Shown piece after piece: positions 28,683 to 46,905 of a DNA stretch of 64,000 nt (positions are counted from its first letter, which is position 1; each line of letters begins with the position of its first letter). Source of the DNA: Nitrospirales bacterium (GTDB lineage: Bacteria > Nitrospirota > Nitrospiria > Nitrospirales > UBA8639); assembly GCA_965203295.1 (NCBI GenBank), contig CBDBCZ010000017.1, positions 928,001 through 992,000 of the forward strand, in the 5' to 3' direction. The position numbers and the translations under genes are program-made. The notes under the pieces were generated by a model that saw nothing but the letters and a program-made list of their open reading frames with translations, made no database searches and had not been told where the DNA came from.

Positions 28683-30435
28683 TCATGGAGGTTGTGTTCT
28701 TTAATTTACAGGTATGAAAGTTTCCCTACTTGTACATGTACGCATACACAGCCTCGTTCCCAGGCTCCCCCACCCCCCCAGCCGCGTTGCAATTAAAAAG
28801 CTGGGGGTGGAGAGCCTGGGAGCGAGCACGTATATTGTAATAAAACTGGATGCCTACTAATTCTCTCTCAGCATGGTCAGATGACGCAATTTCAAATTGG
28901 ATAAAAATTATATGAGAGTAAGCTACAGAAGTTCGCTAAGCAGGCCAGAATGAATTAGCAAAGTCTCGCATGAGAGTCTGGTAATGCGAGACTAGAATCA
29001 GCAGGCCACAGAAACATAATACACACACCCCAATTTAAGAATGTAATTCTACACTGAGCTCTATATTAGCTCCTGTGATCCTAATTGGGACGTGAAGGAG
29101 AAAGTTGTAGCTATATCTCTTTGGACAAAACTGAGAGATGGATAGGATGTTTTGACTGGATACACAGTGTATGCAGGATGTACACAGCCCATCACAGGAA
29201 GGTATCAGCCTGTGATCTCCCCATGCCCTAACTGACCCATGGTACGTGCCCTAGTATGCAGGATATACAGCCCACCACAGGAAGGTAGCATGAAGCCATG
29301 ATCGCATGGCGGCCTAGCATTTATGTGCTCAGTAAAACTATTTTTAAGGAGTGAATTTATTTTAGTGGTGTGCTTACTGAAATGAAATATTTATGCTTGC
29401 ACCCTTTTTATAGTAGCTAGATCACGGATATCTCCTCTGAGTTTCATTCCTTGACAAGTTCAAGTGCAGTGGCTCTCGAGATTGTCAATCGTATTTTTTT
29501 AGGAATAAAACTCAGAGAAAATACCACAACCTACTATAAACAATACAGGGTGCAAGTGTAAATATTTCATAAGTTATTGAGCCAACTACACTTGCTAGTG
29601 TAAAGATTATACTGGCTAGCAAGACGCAAGTGAGCACAGATATGGGTGAGGAGATCCAAGAAACAGGTGACAAGGTATATTACTATACTTCCCTCCATTA
29701 AAGAGCACCTTGGTCTAACATTGGATTGGAAGACCTGACAGATACTACAATGGACATTTAGTAGTGAGTCATTATCACTCTAACAGCTAGTGTGGAGGTT
29801 CTGGATGGTTCAGCTAGCAATTCATTCCATATGGGATATCGATGATGTCATAGGGTTAGGTTAGGGTTAAGGTTAGGTTTAGGGTTAGTAAAAAACCAAT
29901 CATCATTATTGGGTACCAGTTCTACAAATTTCATGTGACTAGTATTCAGAAGGTCCTGAGTTCAATCCCCAGCTGGGTCCTGTTTTTTTTCGGGATTTCT
30001 TTACTCTCTCAGAAAGCTTATCATCTCGGAAGAGTTTGCCATGTAGCTGCATAGAATTATATGACTGCATAAATGCAGGCATTATGTATACTGGAAACCA
30101 CATGTACAGCTGCTATATATGCCACACTAGACTCTGAAGTCATCCTTGAGTGCAAAGTCAAGTCTGAGATGAACCTCAAGAGGAGTACCCTCCCCACTGT
30201 GGTTATCTTTTAGTAATGTTTACATAGTCTTTATGAGCTATATTGTAGAAGTTTACAATGTCAACTCTTAATATATGTCATGCCAAAAATGAAGTACACG
30301 TAAATGGAAACACATTGCTGCTGTGTTGACAGAATAACATTTATATATAGAGCTATATACTGAGTAATTCATAATGTATAGAGAACAGAGAAAACAGTGA
30401 TGTTACTACAAACATTGAAAGCACAAACAGTGATT

Positions 30436-32491
30436 TTATGACCGTTTCAGATTATCTGCTTTAAATCCAGGTTCTGGTGAACGAATTGAATGCCAGTGAC
30501 TCACTCGATGCTTTGGTGAAGCGATTATTTCATTCCAATGACTTCTTCCCGATTTGTGGGGAGAATTTTCACCAATGATTATCACTCCTACAAGATCATT
30601 CGCCGAGAACCGGTCGTAGTCCATGACTACAACTTCCAGGCTAATTTCTGATAGATCCCTCATTGACACATCAAAGACAAAGGATTCATTGAACACAGGG
30701 AAAAGGGTGTTCTTCTTTATGGATGTTTTCCATTTTGTGATTCTTTTACCTCTATGAACCAGGTAGATTTTCACATATGGATCTATGTATGAGGCATGAA
30801 ATAGTAAATGCTTAGCTGTTTCTTACTTTAATTAGGTGTACATTTCAAGTATGAGCAGGATTTGTGAGTAATTAGGACTATGGTATGAACATTCTACTCC
30901 CCCATCTCCCTAGGTAATTCGTCGCTTGTAAGGAATTTCACAGCATTGCAAAGGTTACATATATGGCAGCATATCATCTTAATTGGACATGCTCATTGGA
31001 GCAGTCAAACCTAACTACTTTGTTTTGGAGCTAGTGATCCCAATAATGGCACGGATATTATGGATACCATTGGCTGGGGTATTGTTCTAGGTGAAGTGAT
31101 GAAGGCTTAACCCTACGTGTCAAGGACGCCAGTAATAATTATGCATGTGCACAGTATTCACAATAGTATTATTCTTGGGCATTGGTGCTGTTTTTACCTG
31201 CTAGTCCCACTACATCCTGTTTTTGAAGCCCAGTTGCTTTGAGAACGATCCCTTGCAGCTGGTTGACACTGGGCTGGTATGACAGAGAAATCAGGAGATT
31301 GCCCTTTCCACTCTGATAAGGAAAAGTTGTTATTACTATCATAGTCTGTTATATGCGCACAAACACATTGTAATTCATTTTGAGTGCAGTGACTGCTATA
31401 CTGGACTAGTGTACCATACAGTTTAAAGAAATTACTGTATACTTGACACTAAACAAAATTATTGGTATTTCATGGGCTAATTATCACTACTATGTCGAAA
31501 TTTATCCACAATTGTGCACAGTAACTACTGCAAACTTTCTTACTAGGAAGGCAGGTGAAATTAAAAAATCTTTCTGCTATACTGACTATGAGAATTTTAT
31601 ACCTGTAGCTATTCCCCTTGAAAGTATGACTCTAAAATAGTTATCCACACAGTAAAAAGTTCATACCTTTTCTTCAAGGGCTTTGACATCAATTGGAATG
31701 ATCATCGTAGCACCATAGAGGTCGGCATCTTTCAGTGGCAGGTCCGAAGCTCCAATGTAGGCATTTTTAGAGTGCTTGTCGTGATAAACTTTAAACATAA
31801 CGGTTTGGTGTCGAACATCATCGGGAGGAAGATTTTTGAATTCAAAGTACTCATTAAAGCTGGGATTCAGTGTCTTGTAGAATACTCTCGATTGGAAAAT
31901 TTCTTCCCTGCTTGGATCGAGGTGCATCACCACAAAAGGGTCACTTGCTCCTCCCTGTTCTTTTGCTGGAAGGTCGTAGGCTTTAAATAAGGTGAGAGTG
32001 AGGATACATCGCTGCAAATCATAGTAGAGAGAAAACGCCAGTCTGGGTCCCGACGTAGTAGATGTTTTTATCTCCAAATCACTAGGCATCCAGCTACCAT
32101 GTGCATGCTCGCTGTCAATATCTGAACTCGATGAAGAATGGATTCTACACTCATAATCCATGCCTGGTATGGCAGGTTTGAACTGTCTGACGGTAGGACA
32201 GTGATCTGTGCTCTGGCTCACACCACGACGTGGCACGTGGCCGGTCTTCTCGAGGGCCGGTTGCTGAGTAATAACGCCATCAGCGCAGACGCCAGGCTTG
32301 GATTCGCCGTACTCCATTTGAAGCTGCGGAGGCTCAAATATCTTCTTCATTGGCACTAGCTGAAACTCGGGTACCTCAGCCACAGCTTCAGGCTGGGGTG
32401 GAGTATTGAGCGTGCGATACTGAATGTGTGGGTATTGCTTCGTGACATCATCTTTGGCAAAACAGCAGCAGCAGCACTTTGGGCAGCTCAT
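30436..32491 (-). CDS. Syt-6: synaptotagmin-like tandem-C2 protein, ~428 aa (exons 32491-31667, 31312-31198, 30782-30436)
   Basis: MSCPKCCCCCF start. C2A has degenerate Ca loops (KEQGGASDPF...YHDKHSKNAYIG). Exon 2: SGKGNLLISLSYQP. Exon 3 C2B: MDYDRFSANDLVG. Frame intact. Confidence 0.9.
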
Positions 32492-34215
32492 TGTGATTCA
32501 ATTGTTGTGTAGCTACACCAAAGGAAGACTGGCCTCATACAATCTGGCAGAAGAGTAATTATTAATGCCTGACTACACATACAGATTGCATGCATACCGT
32601 ACAAATTACACTACACAAATTCATTTTCCCTAGCCACCTAGACAAATTTTGGGACAGTTTCTTTAATTAGAGAATTACCTTTGATGTCTGATGTCTATAG
32701 TAAAATAGCTTTACATGTCGCTGGGCTCTGACTACGGTGGGGAGTTTGCCACCAAAATACACAATTTAAGCCAAATTGTATTTAAAACATTACTTGTCCA
32801 TTTTAAGTAAAAAGTAGTGACTTTAATAGTGAACTATATACTAGTTTCAATAACTGCTAAATAAACATTAAACTCGAAAATGCCACAGAATGACTAAAAA
32901 TTGATGCGGGTGGGGGTGGGCATACTCTTAAATGGTCCCCCCTCCCCTAGCTCGAAGACTGGCAACGTTATGCTCATCAAGATAATGCATACATACTCCC
33001 CCCTGTAACCATATGATAGCGTTGGTCGAAAATTGCCAGCTTGCGCATACACAGTACACAGCACACACATATAAGAGATTGTGCATGCCGCAAGTACAAA
33101 ATTCTACGCACTCAGAGACTGAGAACCTACGTGCTCACCTTATAAAATCGATACGTACATTCAACTGCCAGTAGCGGTTAGTTACCTGACGAAGCGCAGT
33201 AATATTAGTTTTGCGCATGCGCGCCGATGTCACTTTCTGTCTTTTTTATTAACTCTCAATTAACCAGCCATATTTGGCAAGTTTCCTTCTGAATGTTTTG
33301 TATTAAGCGTTAATGTAAAATCAGATTGATTACATGCTTTATTCCTATTTTCTAACATGGGCACATAATTAAACTGTGTCCCTGGCTGGGAAAGAGTATT
33401 AATCATAACACTAGCACTATACATGTACATGTACTAGGAACCTCATGACTAAATGGATGGACGGTGAAGGGTTAGGTTAGGGCCACGATCAGGGTTTTGT
33501 TTCTGGAAACACACTCCAGTAGAAAACCATACTTTAATAAGTTGCTAGAACGGTAATTCCGATAATATTTATGAGGGTATACAAGCCTACGCATTGCATA
33601 GTTTATTTTATTCCACATGTGTATTAAGTTAATTAACTAACCCAATCGGAACTAAGATATCTCACATAGATCCCTCATAGCATGCAACTTTGAAAAAGCC
33701 TCATAAATAGATGAATTGCATACTGACAGTGGGAGGTTTTGTATTTATCACTGTAGTAACAATTAGGTTAGTACAGCCTTAGCTCCATATCCTAAGTGTG
33801 CACAGCTTCAAGCGCAACTAAACAAATTATAGCTAGCTAATCTTATTTATTGCAATATGTAGCTAGCTATATACATGCAGAGCAGACTACCTTGTGATGA
33901 TGCAGCATGGATTTTTCATCCTGCCAGAATTATACAGTGGTTAACTATATTATATTCTATAAGAATGGGTGTGATCACATGATATAATATAATTCCATGA
34001 AATGCGCCAATTTCAATTTGCAACCATTGTGATGCTTTTAAGATATGGGGTCAGAAACAAACCATTTTGTCGGAAACTACTATTAATTTTTATTCAAACT
34101 GGTACCCAATAGTGATAATAATTTTGTGACATCATCATATGTGAATTAAGACTATAGAACTAACATTGACTCACTATTCCAGCACCTCATACATGTAATA
34201 ATATGAATAGTTTCA

Positions 34216-34412
34216 ATAGACCCTTTGCCACTATGATGTAATGGGGGGAAAAGTAGGCACTTAATGGAAAATTTACATGGAAACATGCATGTTTTGTGCA
34301 TTCATGTTTAATATTTACATGGAAGCATAAAAACATGCACGTTTTCATGTAGCTATTTTCTCCATTTAGTGCCTCCTTTTACCCACATTACATCATAGTG
34401 GTAAAGGGTCTG
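34216..34412. mobile_element. ~200-bp palindromic MITE-like element
   Basis: AGACCCTTTGCCACTATGATGTAATG / CATTACATCATAGTGGTAAAGGGTCT, with pairing continuing inward. Confidence 0.7.
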
Positions 34413-34873
34413 TACTACAGTAAAGGGTGACTCACTGCACTAGTATAATAAATAAATAAATAATCTTCCTGCATAAATTATGTCCACACACCTGTATACT
34501 TGAATGCAAGGATATTATGATGTAACCCACACATGTACAGCTGGACCAGGCATCCCACATTAGACTCTTAACTTACTTCAGGTTTTGCCAAGACGAGCTC
34601 TGAGATGAACCTCAAGAGGAGACAATAACACACCTTTCCCCTCTACCTACAGACTCTGCCACTGTGATTACCGTTTGGTAATGTGTATAGAGAGCTATAA
34701 GCTGTAGTTGAATATTCAAAAGGAACTTATTATTATTTCTGATATCATGTCTTAAGCATAATCAGTGGAATAATGTTTACTGCTGAGCAAATTGAATTGT
34801 ACAAAAACAAGTGCTATAAGATACATAGATAGAAGTTCTTTCTGATATTACTATGACTGCTTCAGTCTATCCT

Positions 34874-37214
34874 CTATTGTGGTGGATGAATCGAATGCCA
34901 GCGACTCACTCGGTGCCTCGGTGAACCCATTATCTCTTCCCAGTGACTTCTTCCCGATTCGTGGGGAGAGTGCTCACCAATGATTATCACTCCTACAAGT
35001 TCGTTTGTCTTGAACCGGTCATAGTCCATGACTAGGATTTCCAGGCTAATACCTGACGGATTCATCCTTGCCACATCAAAAACAAAGGATTCGTTGAACA
35101 CAGGAATAAGGGTGTTTTTCTTCACTGATGTTTTCCATTTTGTGATTCTCTTACCGTCGTGAACCAGGTAGATTTTGACATAGGGATCTGTGAATGCGGC
35201 AAGAAATGGTGAATGCATTAAAAATTATATAGCTATACTGACAGTAAAGTGTTGAGTATATGGCATGCACTAGTGGTTGTATGTACACAAAGAATGCCTA
35301 TATGTAGGCACTCATATGACATATGGAATCTATACATGAGGCAGGAAAAAAAGGATGTTTCATGTATTGGCGACTATTACGGTATACTGCAGCTGGAACG
35401 CTGTGTACACAGAGTCATTGTGCTAGCTATTTAAATTTACACTGCATGGAATGTGGCAGCAGCTTGTAGTGCTATAATTGCACTGTGTGAGATTCAGTAA
35501 GACTACCACATAATTATTATGGGTTCCCTCAGTCAATGGCATCATTAGCCTTGTTCCCAGGCTCTCTGCCCAGCTTTTTTCAGCTTATTTTACTATGTGC
35601 GAAAAAAAGCTGGGCAGAGAGCCTGGGAACGAGGCTATGGCATCATAGTATCTGCATGACACATCCAATGAAAAGTATTACCATAGATCTAGAAAAGGAC
35701 TGTAATACCACCGGGAATACAGCTATTTATATGCAAATGTGTTTGAAAAATACTTGTCTTCATTACGTAAAGTGCATGATCATAATTTTGTGTTGAGTAG
35801 TTGTTGCTATAAGTATTGGTGCAACCTGTTTACCTGCTAGCCCAACCATGTCCTGCTTTTGAAGTCCAGTTGCTTTAAGAATGATTCCTTTCAGCTGGCA
35901 GGCAGCGGGTTTGTACGATAGAAAAATTAGGAGCTCACCCTTTTCATTCTAAAGGAAAAAGAGGATATCAGCTTTTTGGCACACAGTGCATTACAGATGG
36001 AAGCAATTACTTCACACTACGCAACCCAACTTTGTCAGTGCAAAACTTTGATTAGAAGATTTGTAGCCAAGTAATCTAACATAGATCAGAAATTTTTTTT
36101 CGCTGTTAATTTTTTTTGCCGGTTACGTTGGCGGTGAAAATTAAATGCACGAAAATTTTCTATGCGTTTTAACGCACATTCAATTTTCGCTGCGCGGCGA
36201 AAGGTAAACGCACGAATATTTCTTCCGCGAAAAAAACATATGCCCGAACTATGGTATGTAGTAAACTACATGTATATGAATAAGTTCAACACTAGTAGAT
36301 CTCCCCATGGAAAGTGTGGGCTTACTTGTATAGACCCCATGGACACTATCCACACAGTAAAAAGTTCATACCCCTGTTTCCTGGGCTTTCTCATCAATTG
36401 CAGTGGTCGTAGTGGCACCATAGAGGTCGGCTTCTTTCAGGGGCAATGTCGAAGTTCCGATGAAGTCATTCTTGGTGTAAACTTTGAACATAATGGTCTG
36501 GCATCGAATATCATCTGGAAGAACATTCTTGAATTCAAAGTGCTCTTTAAAACAGGGGTTCAGTGTTTTGTACACTACTTTTGATTGAAAAATTTCTTCC
36601 CTGCTTGGATTTAAGTACATCACCACAAAAGGGTCACTTGTTCCCCTCCGATCTTTTACGGGGAGGTTGGAAGCTTCAAATAAGGTGAGAGTGAGGACAC
36701 AACGCTGAATATCATAGTAGAGAGAAAAGGTCAGTCTGGGTCCTAATTTGGTTTCCTCATTCAACATAGTTGATGTTTTCGTCTCCAAATCACTAGGCAT
36801 CCAGCTACCATGTGCATGCTCGCTGTCAATATCTGAACTAGATGAAGAATAGATTCGGCTCTCAAAATTCATGCCTAGCGGGGAAGGTTTGAAATGACTA
36901 ATAGCAGAAGAAGAATCTTCCGTGCTCTGGCTTACGCTACGGTGTGACATGTGGCCAACCTGCTTGAGGACTGGTTGCTGCGTAATAACTTCATCAGCAG
37001 CAAAGTCAGGCTTGGCTCCATATTCGGTTTGATGTTGCGGAAGCTCAAAAATTTTCTTCATTGGAACTTGGTGAAACTCGGGTACCTCAGCCAAGAGTTT
37101 AGGCTGGGGTGGAGTATTGAACCTGGTCATGGCTTGATATTCAACGTGAGGGTACTGCTTTGCTACATCCTCTTTGGAAAAGCAGCAGCAGCAGCAGAAC
37201 TTTAGGCAGTTCAT
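34874..37214 (-). CDS. Syt-7 (array numbering): synaptotagmin-like tandem-C2 protein, ~423 aa (exons 37214-36372, 35948-35834, 35187-34874)
   Basis: MNCLKFCCCCCF start. C2A has an in-frame 5-aa deletion in loop 3 (FKVYTKNDFIG). Exon 2: NEKGELLIFLSY. Exon 3 is near-identical to that of Syt-4 but with a shorter tail. Confidence 0.88.
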
Positions 37215-37284
37215 TGTGTTTCAGTTGCTGTGTACACCAAAGAGAGATTGCCTTGTTGAGTAGAGAGGTATATAGCAGCTAGCT

Positions 37285-37591
37285 CACTGCAAAAATAAAG
37301 TGGTTTGTTTAAACCCACATAAGGTTACCTCAGTTGCAGCCCCAGTACCAGAGAATGTGCAGTTACGTGCAGTGCAATTAGATCACTTTACTCAGGAAGC
37401 CAAGCTAAATCTTTTTTTTCTTTGGTGAGACTAGGAACAGGATATGTGTTACTAAATGTTCTAATGGATCTTTCCTTTTTTCTGAAATTGGAGAAATTGA
37501 AGTGCTCTACTTGTTTACGTACACATTGTTTTGTAGACTGCAACTGAGATAACCCCAGCTGGTTTGAAACCATCCTTTGCTTTTTGCAGTG
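37285..37591. mobile_element. CACTG-terminated ~310-bp MITE; copies at 45353-45671, 42798-43124, 50368-50694
   Basis: TIR CACTGCAAAAA / TTTTTGCAGTG plus subterminal IR CTCAGTTGCAG / CTGCAACTGAG. Confidence 0.75.
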
Positions 37592-38610
37592 AGGGTAAAG
37601 GGGTAGTGAAGTAGAGGGTATAGCGAAGTAGTGGGGTAGAGGTATCAGGGTAAAAGGAGTAGAATTTAATCCCTATAGGAAGAAAACTGTTACAGTAACA
37701 GTATAGAGGTATATTCCCAAAAACTTCCGAACACCTATAGAGGAATGAGAAGCTTTAACATAATACAACAGAAGTACTGTAAGCAGCACCATATAAAGAA
37801 GAGAAAAAATACCCTTGCACACAGCATATTAATATGGCTCTTTGAGGGAGCTTACAACAGAATTACATGCAGTCACGTCAGTTTTGGTAAGCTTAATAAA
37901 ATGACAGCACCGGTAGAACTAGCTACGAGCTAGTAGACTAAGTGTAAATCACGGCTCAGGAATTTAATTATGCTATATAGTATGGACTCTGACAATGTTG
38001 GGGAGGTCTGTGTGTATGGGATTGAGGCTGTTTTAATCTTGTCCAAAAGGAGCTTATAAATTAGCATTTGCAAATACATGCGTGGTAAAGCAGTACACTG
38101 TAAAAATAAATCGGTTATATGAGTTACTACAGAATTCAGGGTAACTAGCTACAAGGTGGGTAACTTGAAAAGTTACAAACTGGAGTTTCCATTGTCACTA
38201 GCTACAAACCTGTTCGTGCCCTCCTGTGCATTTTATTCCAAAACTAACATGAGTGTAGTTTTCTTGCAAGCTCACTCCATGAGTCAGACATATTATGCCA
38301 TGTGCAAGGGTATCTTTCCTCCTGTATATGGTACTGTTTAGTCTGAGTAATTTATCAGCTTCTGCTTTGCCTTGTTCAGCTTCTCATTTGTGCTTTCCTT
38401 CCTGCCTTATTGCCATCTTGCAATTTCAGAGTCAGGCTTCGTCATGGTCATGGTCATGATCGTGATCGTCATCGTCATCTGATTTGTTTGTTTCTTTTAA
38501 TCGAATCACTAATTACTTATAAGTAGCACTATTTACATAAGTGTACCAAAACAGGTTAATTAGGGACTCCACCATGCCACAGTGTGTTGCTGCACGTTAC
38601 AGTAGCTATA

Positions 38611-38789
38611 CAGTGGAACCCCTCTTAAAGGACACCCCTGAAATAAGATCACCTCTGTATTAAGGACACTTTGCTATGTCCCAAATACGCTTTCTTAATG
38701 TAAATTTACCCCTGAAATGAGGACACCTCTTTATATATGCAGGACACTCTACCAGGTCCCCAAGGTGTCCACAATCAGGGGTTCCACTG
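38611..38789. mobile_element. Tc1/mariner-type MITE flanked by TA; second copy at 45751-45929
   Basis: TA-CAGTGGAACCCCT ... AGGGGTTCCACTG-TA, with internal GGACAC repeats. Confidence 0.8.
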
Positions 38790-39555
38790 TATTAAACATC
38801 ACATCTCTTGGGCGATAATATTAATGCAAGCCACTGTCTACCTATATTTATAGACATGATGTATATATATAGATATTATACTGCTCACAGCAAAGTGGCG
38901 AATGGTCGGCAGAAGTCGGTTAGGGTCAACCTCGGAGTTAGGGCTATATAGGGATAGGGCTAGGGCTAGGGTTAAGCTCAGGGTTGGGCCTATATAGAGG
39001 CTAACCGTTGAGTTGAAAGCTAGCTGTTTGTTAGTGGTACACGCGTGCAGCTACAATCATGCTTTCCCCATGCCCGAACTAACTACGTAGACGCACACGC
39101 ACATGCATGGTGCCACTGTGAGTGCATACATTTGAATGGACAATATCTGCACAAGTCAAACACATTCGCGCACTTGACTACTTAGGCCCTGTTACAGTAT
39201 TATATCTCGATACTGACGCAATGCAGCTGACTCAACGGTTTAGCCTCTAGCCCTACCCTGACCTAGCTATAACCATAACCCTAGCCCTAGCCCTAACTCT
39301 ATAACACTAACTTCCCGCCAGACACTGTACACGCGCACAACTGCGCACTCGTTCATTTACTCACCGTGAAGGGCCTAGGGCAGGCGGCCACACTGATTGT
39401 TTTCTTCCAGGCGCGGCGCTAGGCAGAGCAAGAGAATTTAATACTATAGCTCGGAATTGCACTTCCATGCGCTTGTCGTATGTTTTTCCTGCTAAGGGTC
39501 ATATAGGAAGAGCGGCACCGCGAAAATTATACTTGCGCGAAGTTTAGTAGGGTTA

Positions 39556-39885
39556 GGGGGCATCTTCTAATGAAAATTGTCCGCTTAGCGTCATAGTGAC
39601 GCTAAAAAATACCCCCCTCCCCCCCCCCCCCCCCTTAACGTCACGCATATATTATGTAATTATGGATGTTGTCTGTTTCATTTCTCTGCAGAGTGAACAT
39701 AGACAGACTATACACATTTAATGTGCATGTAAACTTGTACATGTAACAAAATACTTCTTGTAAGGTAGCGCTTCGCCAAACAATGTAGTGCTTATGTCGT
39801 CACAGAACTTACTCACGCTCAAACCCCCTCCACCCTTAACGTCACTGTGACGCTAAGCGTACAATTTTCAATTGGAGATGCCCCC
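39556..39885. mobile_element. PIF/Harbinger-type MITE, 330 bp, TTA target-site duplication
   Basis: ~45-bp imperfect TIR GGGGGCATC...GCTTAGCGTCA / TGACGCTAAGC...GATGCCCCC, with TTA on both sides. The empty site GGGTTAAGCCGGC is present in the duplicate at ~46750. Confidence 0.88.
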
Positions 39886-41498
39886 TTAGGCCGGCATATT
39901 TTTCAATATAGTATCTCTGATTAAATCCATTGAAGAATACCGCGAACAAACAGCTATCTTGCTAATAATTAATAGCTAAGGCAAGGAGTCAACATCCTAG
40001 CTACTGGCTGCGCGGTAGTACTCTATATAATATGTGTATGGATGCATTAAAATAAATGGCCTCCCATGCATTAAATGTGTACAAAAGGACATGTTCAAAA
40101 CTCTGCTGTAGGTGTAGTCTAAGGCTAATATGAGCCCTATACTAGTTTTTCTCGAGCGTTGTCATCATAAATTATAACTATAATATGAACTAAGACCAAA
40201 ACGTAACTTACTAGGGAACGTAGTGATATAAAGTCCCAGAGAATCCATGCAAGTGAGTAGCATGTATAGCTCAGCAATGTCTAATTCTGCCCCTGCAAAC
40301 TTCAAAGTTTGCTCTATACCAGTAGTAGCTGCAATGTCAAGCCCTGAGCTGAACCTCAAGCGGAGACAAGAATGCCACTTTTCCATGTCTGTGACCCGTA
40401 CACTGCACACTGTTAAAATATGCACAAATGACTGGTGGGTTGTTGCTTGAGTTTCAACATGCATGCATAGATATAACTGCAGCAACGTTACTTGTCTCTG
40501 AGTCTTCCTCTGCCTCCTCTATACATGGATTCACCTTAGTGATGCACTTTAATCATCTGTATCGGTAAACGCTTTCACATTCTTTGACCCGCAGCAATCA
40601 ATCTGTATCCATGCTTGTAGTGTGTTGAAACTCAAACAATAACCCCACTAGTCAAGATGACAATTCTATTTTTAAAGTAGCTGTGTAGTCACTTCACTGA
40701 TACATCATGGTGCTACGGAGGCCCCGAGAGAAGGTAGCACAGCAACAGCCAGCTTGCAGGATGTGACCAATCTGAGGCCAAACAATGGTGCACACAATTT
40801 TAGAGGGAGAGCTTGGCAATCAATGAATGTCCAGGGGAGGAGCAATAAACTGGGCCACAGTTATGGGTGCATGTACATTGAGTATACATGAGTCACAAAC
40901 TGAGTGTGGATAAACAACAGTCGCTTGGAATTGTCATAGTAGCTAAGTAGATGTTAGATCAGCAAATCCATAAAATTCAATGAATGCATTTCCATGAACA
41001 TGAGAGAAACAATGACATACTGTGGCAGCTATTGGATACTACACTCTGAGGTGATTTGAGTGCCTGCCTATAGTCTCTGAGAGTGGTCACCTTTAATGTA
41101 CGTATGTCAATTTCATGCTTCATGCTTATTGTGTCAATGAGTAGGACATGCATCTGATTCATTAAAATTAAGTTCAGAGATGAACCTACATTGTGAGACG
41201 TCACGTTTGATTTCATGCTTCATGCATGGGTCATGCTTATGGTATGTGTCAATAAATGGTTCATCACTGATACATTTCCTTGTTCATAATATTTGCATTG
41301 AATATCAAAAGACGATAAATGTTACATGACATTACATCCTTACCAGTGAATACAAACTGAAACATAATAGTGCTGTGCTAACAACGTATAGAGATATACA
41401 GTATTACAGAGGACAGGAAAGTACTATATACTATGAACAGATAATGAGCAGATAGTTACACTTTTTATATAGCAGCATGCATGTAAGTTTTTAACTTC

Positions 41499-45278
<3,780 letters not shown>

Positions 45279-46905
45279 TGTGTTTCAGTTGCTGTGTACA
45301 CCAAAGAGAGATTGCCTTGTTGAGTAGAGAGGTATATATATAGCAGCTAGCTCACTGCAAAAATAAAGTGGTTTGTTTAAACCCACATAAGGTTACCTCA
45401 GTTGCAGCCCCAGTACCAGAGAATGTGCAGTTACGTACAGTGCAATAAGATTACTTTACTCAGGAAGCCAAGCTAATTCTTTTTTTTCTTTGGTGAGACT
45501 AGGAACAGGATATGTGTTACTAATTGTTCTAATGGATCTTTCCTTTCTTCTGAAATTGGAGAAATTGGGTGGTAAAGTGCTCTACTTGTTTACGTACACA
45601 TTGTTTTGTAGACTGCAACTGAGATAACCCCAGCTGGCATGGTTTGAAACCATCCTTTACTTTTTGCAGTGAGGGTAAAGGGGTAGTGAAGTAGAGGGTA
45701 TAGCGAAGTGCCACAGTATGTTGCTGCATGTTACAGTTACTGTAGCTATACAGTGGAACCCCTCTTAAAGGACACCCCTGAAATAAGAACACCTCTGTAT
45801 TAAGGACACTTTGCTATGTCCCAAATACACTTTCTTAATGTAAATTTACCCCTGAAATGAGGACACCTCTTTATATATACAGGACACTCTACCAGGTCCC
45901 CAAGGTGTCCACAATTAGGGGTTCCACTGTATTAAACATCACATCTCCTGGGCGATAATATTAATGCAAGCCACTGTCTACCTATATTTATAGACATGAT
46001 GTATATATATAGATATTATACTGCTCACAACAAAGTGGCGAATGGTCGGCAGAAGTCGGTTAGGGTCAACCTCGGAGTTAGGGCTATATAGGGATAGGGC
46101 TAGGGTTAAGCTCAGGGTTGGGCCTATATAGAGGCTAACCGTTGAGTTGAAAGCTAGCTGTTTGTTAGTGGTACACGCGTGCAGCTACAATCATGCTTTC
46201 CCCATGCCGGAACTAACTATGTAGACGCACACGCACATGCATGGTGCCACACGTGCACGCAAAACGTGCATGCTGTGAGTGCATACATTTGAATGGACAA
46301 TATCTGCACAAGTCAAACACATTCGCGCACTTGACTACTTAGGCCCTGTTACTGAGTATTATATCTCGATACTGACGCAATGCAGCTGACTCAACGGTTT
46401 AGCCTCTAGCCCTACCCTGACCTAGCTATAACCATAACCCTAGCCCTAGCCCTAACTCTATAACACTAACTTCCCGCCAGACACTGTACACGCGCACAAC
46501 TGCGCACTCGTTCATTTACTCACCGTGAAGGGCCTAGGGCAGGCGGCCACACTGATTGTTTTCTTCCAGGCGCTAGGCAGAGCAAGAGAATTTAATACTA
46601 TAGCTCGGAATTGCACTTCCTACTGATATTAATTTTGGGCAGACTGAAGCCGTTGCATGCGCTTGGCGTATGTTTTCCTGCTACACAATTGCTGAGGGTC
46701 ATGTAGGAAGAGCGGCACCGCGAAAATTATACTTGCGCGAAGTTTAGTAGGGTTAAGCCGGCATATTTTTCAATATACATGTAGTATCTCTGATTAAATC
46801 CATTGAAGAATACCGCGAACAAACAGCTATCTTGCTAACAATTAATTATAGCTAATAAGGCAAGGAGTCAACATCCTAGCTACTGGCTGCGCGGTAGTAC
46901 TCTAT

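Noticed and set aside
40165..40485. Duplicated small ORFs at 40165-40485 / 47612-47911 and 40247-40450 / 47694-47897
   Set aside because: No recognisable domain, their identity is explained by the recent duplication, and they partly overlap a CACTG-type repeat. Only the embedded 27-bp motif is conserved more widely.
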